Origin: Phoronis australis
Taxonomy: Eukaryota > Animalia > Phoronida
Direction of reading: 5' to 3'
Assembly: GCA_002633005.1 (NCBI GenBank)
Contig: NMRA01000104.1
Span: 900,175 to 964,174 of the forward strand
Length of the DNA: 64,000 nt
The notes beneath the pieces are model-generated. The model was not told where the DNA came from, searched no databases, and was given only the letters and a program-made list of their open reading frames with translations. Every line of letters begins with the position of its first letter. Position 1 is the stretch's first letter. A program made the translations under genes and the position numbers. Positions 1-12,113 of the stretch are shown piece after piece.

Positions 1-519
1 GTGGCTTAATCAGTGAAATCACCGGCCTTCATTCCAGTGAAAATTTGCGATTAGTCAAGAAATCACAAAACCTCATCGGATTTTAAAACAGTCCAACTAA
101 AGCCCCGTACCAGTAGGCATATTAGTGATATTATAACGATATTGTTCCTTATAAAATTGAAAGGACTTTATTAATGACGCACATTCATGTTAAGAGGCTA
201 GCCTCAGGATACCCTTGTTGATATTTTTTGATTTTTGTTGATTGTAATTTTAATAATCGGTCAAGGACAGTGTTTGTGTTCCAATGTTCAATTGGAGTCG
301 GACGTCCTACACTTATGTACTCGTCTCTCCCACTGTCATCACGATGTTGGGCGTAAAACTTAAAAATAGATGTTGACCGGGTCCGTATCTTACGGAGGCC
401 GTCAACCGTGAAATAACAATTTGTGGCAGCATGCACGCGTCAATGCACCGGCGGTCGTTTTGACCTACTGACGCAACCGTCCGATGTGTGAAGAATAAAA
501 CATGTGTACTCATGACATA

Positions 520-700
520 TAGTTCATCTACTACTTAGAAAGTTAGTCAAATGGCGAGTCACTTGTGTGATCAAATTTACCAGTTCGGAAACCAATTCTT
601 TGCAATTTATGAATGAAATGTAGCCCGCAAGCCCCTGGAGGTGTAGCAGTGGTTGACCAATTAAACACTCGATGATAGTCCATGGTAGGATTTACTGAAT
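520..700 (-). pseudogene. Possible decayed tyrosine-recombinase (Crypton-like) fragment
   Basis: The minus strand, across two frameshifts, reads ...NHCYTSRGLRAT/FIHKLQRIGF/..LITQVTRHLTNF, loosely like the YR catalytic motif YTNHSLRAT...LIxxxTGH. It is heavily disrupted. Confidence 0.22.
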
Positions 701-1807
701 ATTTGAACTTAATTATTAGAAACGTAAGTGCACGGCTTGTTGAGAAACTGTATACACTTTGTAGGAAATCCCTAACAATTTTGACGATTTGATCTGCTAT
801 GTGTTTCAAAAATGTACTCAAATTTCAGTGCAACGTCGGGAGTTCAAATTCAGTTAACTTGGATCAAGCTCTGCCGGCTAAACCTTCTGTATGGTTACAT
901 CTTGCTAATGGTGTAGGTGCGTGAACCGTCTTGACCACCAGAGCTGTGTATGCAGGGTACTGCCAAACAAACGGCTCAGTTTTGAGAACAAATAAGGTCG
1001 TGCAATACTAGTAGTAGCTCAAAAGAGTGAAGACAGAACAAGGACAATTAATTTTCTTCTCAATTCAACCAAAAATGTAGTTTTTATTTTGGATTAACAC
1101 TGAGTCCCATTTTGGCCCCCTCATTATGAAAGTTATTAAGTAATCTTGTTCCTAAGTCAATAAAAATCCAGTTTATGCCATTTGAAGTGCGAGTACATTT
1201 TTGGGACACCTGTACTTCTCGGAGATTTTTGTCTTGCGCAAATCACAGGGAACGACTAAGTGAACAATCTGCAGTTCATGTTGTGACTAATTCTTGACTG
1301 TTGGTTCTTCCACCAAGAAGTAAGTTGGGCGTTTCCGGTAATATTCAACTCATCTCGCACGGTAGTCCAACACCTCATTCTATGCTTATTCTAAAGATGC
1401 CACTCTTGGAACCTGCTTCGTTTCTTCGTTTCTTTTTCTCACACAAACTTGGTGCTTACAACGCGCGTTTCTGTCTTTACTGTGCATCGCTCGCTCCGGC
1501 CATCTTCACGGAACCGCTGGTGGGGTCGCCGCCTCGATTTCAAATCACTGTGGCTGGAAACCATTGTTGGAAATCGGTAATATAGAATAAAATCACAAAA
1601 ACCAACTGGTTTTGCTGTTTTATACCACTAATCAAAGCTAATCACTTGAAGTCAACCCTATTCAAAAACAACTCAACAAAAGTTTTTTCGGTCGTAAACC
1701 CAATTATGTCTTTTAAGCGACGCGCTCCGACGCCGAATGGACCATTATCATTGAGAGTTAATATACAAACTTTGAACCTAATCGAAACTTTCACCAGTTG
1801 TATTTAA

Positions 1808-3829
1808 GGGGATACAGGGCAGTGTATTATCAAAATCTGCAAATGTTGATGGATTTCAATAAAAATCAGCAGGGATGTTGTTTTTGATATGGCAATCACA
1901 AAAAAAATTATTTCGAGAAAAAAAATAGTTGGTTGCCATGGCAACGCCAAAAATTACGTAATATTGGTACATCTACGAGAAACGTTATAACTCATTAACC
2001 TGTTCACATATTTCTGATCTGTTTTCTCTGAATTATAATAAAAGTAAGGATCTACAAAACTACAGAAGGAAATTCAAAATTTCCTAACAGTAATTTTTTT
2101 ATACGGTCTCGAAAATTGGAAAAAAATAATCGGGAATAATCAATTTTTCAGAAATCATAATTTTTTTTCAGTCGAGATTTTGAAAAAATGCTTCTGTAGT
2201 TTTGTAGATATACATGTAAAGATAGTGCATGCCAAATTTCATAAGTGTAGCTCAAACAGTTTTTTATTTACAACATTTCTTAGCCCAAAAATTCACATTT
2301 TGAGAAACGCAAGAAAGAAAGTTAGCAAGGCAGTTTTCGTTAACATATCCTGTTATAGATGATATAAAACACAGTTTTCATGTCATTTTTAGCACAATTT
2401 AGTCAAAGTTCAATCTAGCACCATAGATTTTTTCTTTTTGGTCTTCCTGCTGTGTCAATTCGTTATTTTTGGTAGCCAACCTAGTTCAACGATTTCTGCT
2501 GTCTCCATGGACTTGCTAGAACTAGTGACGTTTTTCACGAAATTTTGGCGATAACTCTCAATCCACTTAACAGTGTTATAGCAACCATTTTCTGCCAAAA
2601 CACATGAAGGCAATACATCATTGTCTTAGACAAGTCCGATTACAGTTCCAATACTGTAGCGACACAAGAAACTGGGGTTGCGGTGCCGAGTGCCAACGGC
2701 ACCGCTATCAATTTCGGCGTTATGAGCAAAGTGTCATCAATTTACTTCAAACTGTGCAATTGAATAATAATATAATCGAAAGTCAACCGAAGTGCACGTC
2801 AAGACTATTTCCTGTGAACGCCAGCATACTTCTCAGTTTTACTAAATGTCTAGGTTTCTGCAGTGCTCCCAGGCCATAACAAATTATGGTGTTATTCAAC
2901 TGGAACAGCTTCAGGTCAACAGGTCAAGTAAACACTAGTCTCTGTATGTCCACTTCCTCACCACTCAACTGATAATTATCGTGAATATCAACATAAACAT
3001 TTGTCAGTTTTCTCCTGGAACCAGAGTCTGGAACAATTCCCTCACAGTCAGACATAATATAGCTTGAACTATCCTCCGAAAATTACCATTCGTTATCACT
3101 AGAGACACTGGCCGAGTCATCGCACTCGTTGACCTGCGCCTTGGTGAACGTCGGAATTTTGTCTCTCGTGCTTTTGAAAGCTATTATTTCCTGCTCCCCT
3201 TTGCTAACCCAAAAGGTCGCTGCACCGCTCGTTCTGATTACCCCATTTTCAATCTGTGTTGCATCGAAGAAACAATAAAATTCCGATCAAAACAGTAAAA
3301 TCTGATGTAAACAAGCCGTCAAAATGGCTGCCTGTTCTTCGTGGTTGCTAACAGGTTGCTAACGACGGATATAAACGAAGGTGGTCACGTGTGCCAATTG
3401 ACCAATCAGAATGCGCGTTGTACTCATTAGCTTCCGTAGTTGTTCGGCAGCCAATAAGAATGCATAAAGTAAGGCTTACAAACATATTTCTCAACCGAAT
3501 ATACACGGAAATATCCTTATACGAATGACAACGTCCGATAGAGGGCACAATTCCCTTCAAAACAAGCTATGACTCATTTCTGTCGGCCAAGACCTCGGGT
3601 CTGCAGGGCCACGTAAATTTTGGTAATTTTGAAGGACATATTGGCGAAGTGTTACTCAAATAAAGTGAGGTGCTTGACAATAAATGGATAATTTTCTGTT
3701 TTCCTCATGATTTGGAGTATTTGGCATAATAAAATCCTGAAAACTATACATTGAGGTGTTTAAAAACGATGAAATCTGAAAATGTCCAAAAATCATCCAT
3801 AGCACGATTTTGGACTGCCGTGTCTGACC
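1808..3829. mobile_element. Non-autonomous Kolobok-like DNA transposon (~2.0 kb)
   Basis: TTAA at 1804-1807 and 3830-3833. Imperfect TIRs GGGGATACAGGGCAGT and (reverse complement of right end) GGTCAGACACGGCAGT. TTAA TSD with RR termini is typical of Kolobok. No coding capacity seen. Confidence 0.65.
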
Positions 3830-3854
3830 TTAAAGACATCATCTCCATTTCTTC

Positions 3855-4143
3855 GGAAGCCAACGCTAGCGTGTATTTTCACGTTATCTCCATATGCAAT
3901 ATTTTGAGTTGAAAACAAGAATGGCATTATCTTGTAATACCGGGCATCAATAGCAATGCCAAACGACCATTTCTGGACGATAGTGGGATATAATGTGCCC
4001 GTATTTTGAGAAACAGTTTGACGCTCGTTATTCAGTGGAGACAACTAGTTCTCAAAATGCGGACACTTTATATCCGAGCTTTCCCGTTGTTTGCAAATTC
4101 TAGTTGAGCCGATTGTGGACGAGAATTTCTCGCCACCTGGTGT
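3855..4143. repeat. Interspersed repeat, inverted copy of 16862-17150
   Basis: Shared inverted blocks, e.g. TCTCGCCACCTGGTG / CACCAGGTGGCGAGA, TTCTAG(T)TGAGCCGA / TCGGCTCACCTAGAA and TCTTGTAATACC / GGTATTACAAGA. Confidence 0.6.
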
Positions 4144-5750
4144 CTTACATAATCTCGCGATTTTTGTTGCATATCAACAGTGTATGTATTCGTGACAACG
4201 TCAAGAACTACGTCAGTTGACTCAGTCACTGAATTAATATCGCCTATTTTCGGGCAAATTCAATGCATTCAAAATTAATTAAATTAAGTCGATGCAGTGT
4301 TCCTGTCTGGTTAAAAAGCCGCAGGTAGTTAGATTGTCTTGAGTACGGTTACTTGATAACTAAATTGGTGCAACTGATCCAAGACCAAGTCTAAATAATC
4401 TTGATTGGTATTTCAGACTGATTATTCCGGGCGTCCTGTGCAGTCACGTGACTTAGGAATCGAAACAAACTCAAGTGTGACATTTTGGTGTGCTGCGAGT
4501 TATTGTTTCTGGTTAGTTTTTGTAAACTGTAACCTCTGGAATTTTCCAGTGGTGGTCGTTATTCTCGTCTCTGACGATTTGCATTGAGAAGTTCAAATAA
4601 AAGGCCTTTGGAAACTGGGCACAGCTCCACAATTTCAGTGATTCAATTCGCTGTCGTTTTGTTTTTGATCTGCAGGGAACTACTGTAACGTTATCCAAGA
4701 GCCACGTGAGAACAAAATGGCGTTGCTAATGGATTTAGGGGTAATAATTTATGTCCGTGATTACAACCTCGCGGCGACTGAGTTAAGAAGAGAATATTAT
4801 ATATAGTTTTAAAAAGAGGCTATTGTAGTCTTGTGGTCGGTTACAGTCACATGCTTCAATTGAAATATCTCAAGTCATTTAGCAAAAATACACATGGTTG
4901 AATTAGTTAAAGTTCAATAATTTTGTTTTAAAATATTTTCATCTTGTTCGTCATTCGCAGGTAGTGTTTTACCGAGTTTCCATTAACCATGAAATCATTC
5001 ATAGTCGTGTACTTCCGAACTTAATTTGCAAAGCGCTTTTTGTTTCTGCATTCCATCTTTATGGTTTACACGAGGTCGTGACTCGCTAGTCAAGCATGTG
5101 AATGATGACGAGACATTGTTCCTGTCCGGATTGTCAACAATACAACGCGTGATAGACCTTTTCTTCAAACTTCGATAACATGTACAAGTTCTGGGAACAT
5201 TTTTCAAGCTCGCTTGTAACAGTATGCGACTAAAGTTAACGTTGTTTGATTTGTCGATGTTGTTAAATCTTCCCATTGATCGCCTTGTGTGATCTCCAGA
5301 CGTTCAACATTGAATATGTATTAAATCTGATGCTGGGAATGAGAACCTTTTGTGTGCAACTAGTTGTTATGAAGTGGATTATACATATATCACCTCACCT
5401 ATACGAAGTATTGGAAACATTCTCGCAGGTGTTAATGGAAGTGCTTACCCTCTTTGTCACCTGCGAGGTTGTGGACATTACACTTTTCAAAACAGATAAT
5501 ACTTTTGAATTTGATAGCGTGATGCGCATCCCAGTTTTTCAAAGCGAGAACTGGTCTATAGATAAATTGAATTCAAAGAACCCCCCTTGAAACAACCACC
5601 TGTGAATTAAACTCTCTTGTTAAACTGCTCCATTAACAAACTAAACGTATGTATCCACGAAAATTCTGGTACATAGTTTGAAGTCGTCAAATAACGTTCA
5701 AAATTAAAAGCCCAGGGGTTATGTTTTCTGCCGTTGACACTTGCTGCCAA

Positions 5751-5888
5751 GTTGACTTGTCACGTGACCAATCATTCTTGACAGCCCTCGTTGGACATTT
5801 AAATCACAGCGCTTTTACTGGTCATTCAGCGTGGGACTGTCGTTGACGGCTGAGGTCCCGTCTCACAGCTCGTCAAAACAAGGTGAGA
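5751..5888 (+). promoter_or_regulatory. Predicted core promoter and non-coding exon 1 (~5822-5882) of innexin 1
   Basis: E-box GTCACGTGAC (CACGTG 5761-5766), TATA-like CATTTAAA (5796-5803), Inr-like TCATTC (5822-5827) and donor CAAG|GTGAGA (GT at 5883). The block is conserved upstream of the innexin 3 paralog at 49731-49855, with the same TATA-to-Inr spacing. Confidence 0.7.
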
Positions 5889-6518
5889 CTATAACCGATA
5901 TGATCTTGGGAATTTTTCAGCAAATTTTTACTGTTTTGCTTCTTTTCATTGCCTTTAACTATGAATACTTTTTCGTGATTAAAATTTTTGCAAAGTTCCG
6001 AAAAGTCGAGCTTAGTTTTTATCAAATATTCTGGATGCAGCGTCGTCGTGGAAGGAGCATTGTTGAGCACCGAACGGTGGAATGGAGTTTCCTCTTGAAA
6101 CATTGAAATTGCGATAGCGGAATGAACGTCGCGTAGCTGGTTTCATCAGCTGACTTTTCCTACGAAACGTTAATGGTCATGCACTTGCGATAGGATGATT
6201 TACTGGGTCTTAGCAATGGGGTTTACTACCTGGTCCTCTTCACCACTGCAAGTTTCAAATGTGTCGACGCGAGAGTCAACTCGGACGACGCCCAGTCAGT
6301 GTCAATGTGTAGAGTCATATTGGGATTATGAAGGTGTTTTTTGTTCTAAGTAAACAATCATCAGAGTAATCCGTTATTAGCTAAAAGATCTAACGACATC
6401 CACCTTTAGAAATACCGTTTTTTTATAAAAAGGAAATCTTGATTAGATTATAAATATTTGTTTTGACACTAAGGTGGACGATATAGTGACTGACGCTAAT
6501 ATTTCTATGTTTGGCTTA

Positions 6519-6645
6519 TAGCCGTGGTTAACACAACCACTATTATCTCAGGTAGGTAAAGACAGGGGTGTCTGTGCACCCATCCCTTTTAGGTGCACCC
6601 CTGTCTGCACCGACCTCAAACAATAGTTGTTTTAACCACGGGCTA
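6519..6645. mobile_element. Small foldback MITE with TAG termini (possibly Academ-like)
   Basis: TAGCCGTGGTTAACACAACCACTATT ... AATAGTTGTTTTAACCACGGGCTA, with an inner GACAGGGGTG...CACCCCTGTC pair. Flanks are CTTA / CTCA. Confidence 0.45.
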
Positions 6646-8489
6646 CTCAGAAAACCGCAGCGTCTTGGTGCGACAGTGCGTGGCCAATGGGGCAAATAGA
6701 TAGGTTTTCGTGGTTATCCCTCGGTTCAAAAGTGTACGTGCGCCCATTGTTGGCACATGATCAGACCTGTTTTAAACTGAGAAGTCAGTGATTTTGAATC
6801 GGCGTTTATTGTTCTTTAGTTTGCTTAACTTTGCTAACTTAATTTGGTGGACATCACCTTTCAGTGTAATGTTAAATCGTTCACGCCAAACTCCTTTACG
6901 GTAGTGTTTACCGCTGGTATTTGTTTTTGAATATTTCTGGATATAATGAATTCACAATGGCGAATAGCTTAACACGCCAGTATATATCCTCTAGAAACCT
7001 TGTCACAGTTGGTCGGCTGTTTGGTTGGCACTCATATTAACTTGTTAAAGTGACCGTCTGTGCCGTGCTCAAAATGACATCGCATAACTTAACAATTGCC
7101 GTCTCTATGGTTACTCGCCGGTCGGGCGATAAATGTGTTAGATCCATGCAGTTAAACTCAGGAGAGGTTAAAATTCGGAGTATTCAATCGTTAGAGGCGT
7201 GTCACGTGGAATAAATTGACTGATACAGCCCGTGATTGGCCTTTTCTTGATTTACAGTCCTCTTATGCACATTTGTTACACCAGTGTCGTTCACACCAAC
7301 CAGTAGCTCTGGTTATGTTAAATGAGTCAAAAAGTAATCTCATCTTGAACAATTCGCATCTTGTTTGTTTTGACTGGTGAAAATGTAAACTTTGCCGTCA
7401 ACTTGCAATATTCAATTCGTTGAGTCATTGGCTTTCAGTCAAGTCGATCTCCAACCGACTCAACCTGTTGGTGAAAGTGGGCGGATGTTTGACATTTAGC
7501 CTTTCGATTCAAGAATGTCGTGCGAGCGTTTCTCGTTGACACTTACTGATAAACATGTGTTTATTCAATATATCGTGAAAAAATAGCTAGTTTTGGATAG
7601 ATAAGCTTGGAAATGAACAATTTGAAACGACATAGCATTTCACAAAATTAAGCGCTTGTTTTCGGTTGCGATTCACTCAATTTCAACTAAAGACACAAAT
7701 TAATTTCCGGAACTCTGTTTTCAAATGTTTTTCATCAAGCAGAACAAGCTGAATGTTGCCTACTGTATTACGATCCAGTGGTCGCGGGTTGCAGTAATAC
7801 GGACGCAAATTGAGACTAAATCCTTCGCGCGTTTGTATCCGTTTATTGTATATTTGTTGTTAGCTACTGGTCTTTGGCTAAACACATTATCTTACTATAA
7901 TATATCCGAAAACCGCGCTTTTATTTCAATTAGAAAAAATAGAGACCATGTATTGCATTGTGTGCTGAAATTTGCTGACGTTAATTGAGTTGTTGGTTTG
8001 TTTCGAAGGAATGGTTGTTGTGAATGGAAGAGCCTAGCGCTCAAGTCAGAGCAATAGTGTTACGAGTTTTCATCAATTGATATCAAGTTGTACTGTAAAA
8101 TTACCTCTTGTTCTTCTTGGATTAAGTGACCACACTCTCTCCAGAGTATTATGTCACTGTATAACAATGAAGATCAACAAAAACGAGAACAACTATAACA
8201 GGTTTAAAAAGATAGATATATATAGTGAACGCCACTTCATGAGAGGTCGGTTAACGTAGCTAGATCGTTTACAGATAAAGCAATCAGTAAGCGTGTGCTC
8301 CAAATGGAGGCACCCGAGTGATGTTACTTCCGAAAGGCAGATAACTTGCTGACTGAGATATCAAGAGAAGGGACTGATGTAATGCAGCCCGGCAAGCTAT
8401 TTCAGTCCGCGACAGGGGCAAAATCAGTGTTTATGATCACCGACTTCTTATCATATTTGCAAAACTTCAGCCGACAGATTTTGCGTCTG

Positions 8490-8808
8490 TGGCTAAGGAT
8501 GGACCATTTTAGGGTTTCTAACAATTGAGCCAACGGAGGATAGACCATTGAATAGACTCGTGACCCAGCGAGCAGCTCTCCTTTGTACTTTCTTTACAGC
8601 TGCAATATCTTTTTGGGTATAAGGCTCCCAAACAGTAGAGGCGTATTCCAAGGTGGGTCGAACCATTGTTTTATACGCAAACTCCATACTTCTTTGGTTG
8701 TTTATACGCAAGTTTCACCGAAGAAAGCCCAGAGTTTTATTTGCTTTCTTCTGAATGTTGCTTATGTGAGATGACCATTTGAGGTCATGCGAGATGGTAA
8801 CGCCAAGG
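8490..8808 (-). mobile_element. Decayed non-LTR retrotransposon (CR1/L2-group) ORF2 3' fragment, copy A
   Basis: ORF 8493-8711 reads AYKTMVRPTLEYASTVWEPYTQKDIAAVKKVQRRAARWVT, the characteristic post-RT motif (VRPxLEY.SxVWxP...LExVQRRAAR) of CR1/L2-type LINEs. Confidence 0.8.
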
Positions 8809-8809
8809 N

Positions 8810-9545
8810 CTCAAATTATGGGTGGTTGTTCCTGTAAGAAGTGATGCATTAAAAATGGGTGATATTTTTTTACCTGTTAATGTTCACAGGTTGGTTACTT
8901 CACCCTCAAAACTCAACAAAATGCAATTGGCATTTATCCTAACTTATCCCAAAACAAAAAAGCCCATATTGCCAGTGAACAGAGTGCAATATGTTCACTA
9001 AGCCATTAATCAAGTCATGGGCAACTTGATTTGAGACAACCGTTTGTCTGCAGTCCTATTGTATTGAAAAGTTATGCAACACTAAACTGGTGTAAACACA
9101 TATAAGAAAATTGATGATTTTTAAACAAAAAGTATGAGGAGTAAGATAAACAAGTTTCAATATTCACTTGACATAGAAGTATAAAAGAGTTCGTGGAGAC
9201 AGTTTGAGATTCATAGATCCGAATAATTGAAAAAATGTTCATTGAAATTATAGACACATGGTGAACAGAGACACCTGGTGGCTGCCAAAAGTATTGCTCA
9301 CAGGCTACTTTAGTTTTTGACAATATTGGGCAAGACAACTAGTTCTTGTCTGTCAATTATCTAAGTTATTAACAGGTCCTCCTGGAGGCAATTTGTTTGC
9401 AAGTGTTGGATTTTATATTTTAACCTATCAAAAATAATTAAAAAATTATGGGTCATGGGTTGGAGAAATAAATGAAAAATATGGACGGTGGGTACAAAAT
9501 AAAAGTGCCTTCCCCCCTCCCATACAGATTTTGCTGAAACAGCCC
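8810..9545. mobile_element. Probable right end of a DNA transposon, present only in front of repeat copy B
   Basis: Ends ...CCCCCCTCCCATACAGATTTTGCTGAAACAGCCC immediately before TAAAGCAATC, whereas copy A has ACAGA|TAAAGCAATC. The other end falls in the gap. Confidence 0.45.
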
Positions 9546-9759
9546 TAAAGCAATCAGTAAGCGTGTGCTCCAAATGGAGGCACCCCACTATGTTACTTCC
9601 GAAAGGCAAATAGCTTGCTGACTAAGATATCAAGAGAAGGGACTGATGTAATGCAGCCCGGCAAGCTATTTCACTCCGCGATAGGGGTAAAATCAGAGTT
9701 GATGATCACCGACTTCTTATCATATTTGCAAAACTTCAGCCGACAGATTTTGCGTGTGT

Positions 9760-10077
9760 GGCTAAGGATGGACCATTTTAGGGTTTCTAACAATTGAGCC
9801 AACGGAGGATAGACCATTGAATAGACTCGTGACCCAGCGAGCAGCTCTCCTTTGTACTTTCTTTACAGCTGCAATATCTGTTTGGGTATAAGGCTCCCAA
9901 ACAGTAGAGGCGTATTCCAAGGTGGGTCGAACCATTGTTTTATACGCAAACTCCATACTTCTTTGGTTGTTTATACGCAAGTTTCACCGAAGAAAGCCCA
10001 GAGTTTTATTTGCTTTCTTCTGAATGTTGCTTATGTGGGATGACCATTTTAGGTCATGCGAGATGGTAACGCCAAGG
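9760..10077 (-). mobile_element. Decayed CR1/L2-group LINE ORF2 fragment, copy B
   Basis: ORF 9762-9980 carries the same VRPTLEYASTVWEP...VQRRAARWVT motif. Confidence 0.8.
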
Positions 10078-12113
10078 CTCTCATGTAATAAACATTTCGG
10101 ATTCTGAAGTCCTTAAATTAGAACTTTGCATGAAAATATCCCTATTTTTAATTATGATAAGAATTCAAGGGAAATTTCAGTCGCGCTGTGCATCGGAGTT
10201 AAAGGCGAAGGTATGTTGACTGACTCGTAAGCAAAAGCAAACGGCGACCGAACTTATCACAACCGAGGTAGAACAATGACTGACTCGACTGCTCTCACAG
10301 ATAGACTATATGAAAAGAAATTGGCGCGAAAGTCTTGCCTCCCAGGATAATGTGGTAGAAGCCAGACAGTCAAGGCCACAAATTCGCTGAAATTAAGAGA
10401 ACGTAGTATTAGCAAAGATACTATATCTATAAAATATTTGGTATTAGTCCCTTTGGTGCAATCACTATCCCGTGCAACCAGGTACTGGTGGTTTACTGAT
10501 TCACCGACTGTGAATAACTGCGAACAAACGCGCCCCGTGCAGTGTGTAGTGCGACGCTTTCGAATACAATTGAATTGAACAGCTGGTTACTGTTCAATAG
10601 GACGAACGCTTTCAATGGGGCCTCCCCGGATTACATGAAGATTCTAGAATCTCGCTGTATTCACATTCCTAATCCCCTACTCCTCTGTCAAATTTCCAAT
10701 GTTGAAGCGACCTCTTTTTGTTGTTGCAAAATCACTAAATTTTACTATTAAAGCATTTTTATTTCTCAGATTGCAATTAAGTTCATGTAGACAGTTTTTT
10801 GTGTGTAGGGAAACTAATTAAACTTAACTCGATTCCTTATCAGGATATGGAAAGTGTTCCGTGGCCGCGCACCTAAACTCCAGTCGCGGTTCCCTGAACC
10901 TCAGTCCTGAACTAGGTAACACCAAACCCATTGTCCAAATCCCAGACCCAGGCCCTGAACTCCACGTGCGTTGACAATGCTCAGTACCCGGTGTCAAAAT
11001 TCCATAAGCGGCGTCAAAACTTCATATCCGTGCCAAAACTTCAGTGTTCGGGACCAGATTCCTTACCCGGACTCCGAGGTCTGGGATTGGAGTTTGGTCA
11101 CCGGGTGAGGAGCATTTTCGGCGTGGGCATGGAGAGAGGGGTGCGGATCTGAAATTTATACTGGTCGTGAATTTGGTGTCTATTAGTTAGGGTTTAGGAA
11201 TCGTAGCTGGAATTTTGAAGTGCCATCATGGAATCGTTTCCACCGCCTGCTGGAAAGTCCGAACAGTGTCTTAAGCTGGAATTCAAAATGTTGTATTTTG
11301 TGGAAATAGTTTTACCAAAAAGTTCGTTGTGACAGTCGTGTGAAGTTCTCGTCCTTTCTAAACACGGTAAACATTGATGGAAGCGATTATAGCCATATTA
11401 AAGTCACACAATCAATTTTTACAGAATATATGAGCAGTCGCGTCATTACCGCAGTCTTGTCAATTGCTGTTTGATATAGGTATTTGGGTGAACGATCGTT
11501 TCCCTAGAAACGTCTTTAAGCGAGTAGAGAATGTCGCCTGGTCCTGATGAACCTTGAGTAGCATTTAAATATCAAGTATAAAGGTTGTCTGTGTGCGACA
11601 TTAAAACAAATGGTTTGTTGTGCGTCATCTGAAAAAAAACTACAATCTTGCAAGTGCAACAGGTACTGCATACCCATATTATGGCGCCATCTTTTGTCAG
11701 AAAGTTAATTTCGTTAAACGATAGCGCCACCTATTCTAAGAAAAATATGGCAAACAAATTAAGAAGTTTGTCTTCTCGCTCTCTGTTTCCTCTTTTATAG
11801 ATGCATTCTTGTTGGATCGTCTAAGTTTCATGCTAAGGAGTAAAAATTATTGAGCATTAAAAACATTCTAATCTTCTGTCTGTATGTTTGAAATCAACCC
11901 CAACGGCCCCGTGTGTTTTGTGTATGTGTAATTCTCGTTCGTTCTTCTGTCTGCTTCAAGTGGTCTCCATTAAGATTAACATGTTAAAGTTACATGCCAC
12001 TCCATTTTATAAGTCAACATTATTGCTGAAGATTCAATTCACAGATATTTCCTTTTAATGTCTGGCTTTTATCATGGTACGACTTCGCTGTAAGGGTCAC
12101 TTCGTGTTGAGCA

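Larger units (their letters stand above)
8276..10077. repeat. ~530-bp near-identical direct repeat (8276-8808 / 9546-10077) across an N gap at 8809
   Basis: Direct comparison shows a few percent substitutions. Copy A ends exactly at the N. Confidence 0.9.

Noticed and set aside
953-1214. Tc1/mariner MITE ending TTTTGGGACACCTG-TA
   Set aside because: Only the right end looks like a TIR. The left partner (CAGGGTACTGCCAAAC) is too degenerate to support boundaries.
10850-11245. GC-richer degenerate foldback segment with ORF 10931-11152
   Set aside because: The inverted similarity is weak, there is no TSD and the ORF has no motif. Probably an old repeat that cannot be classified.
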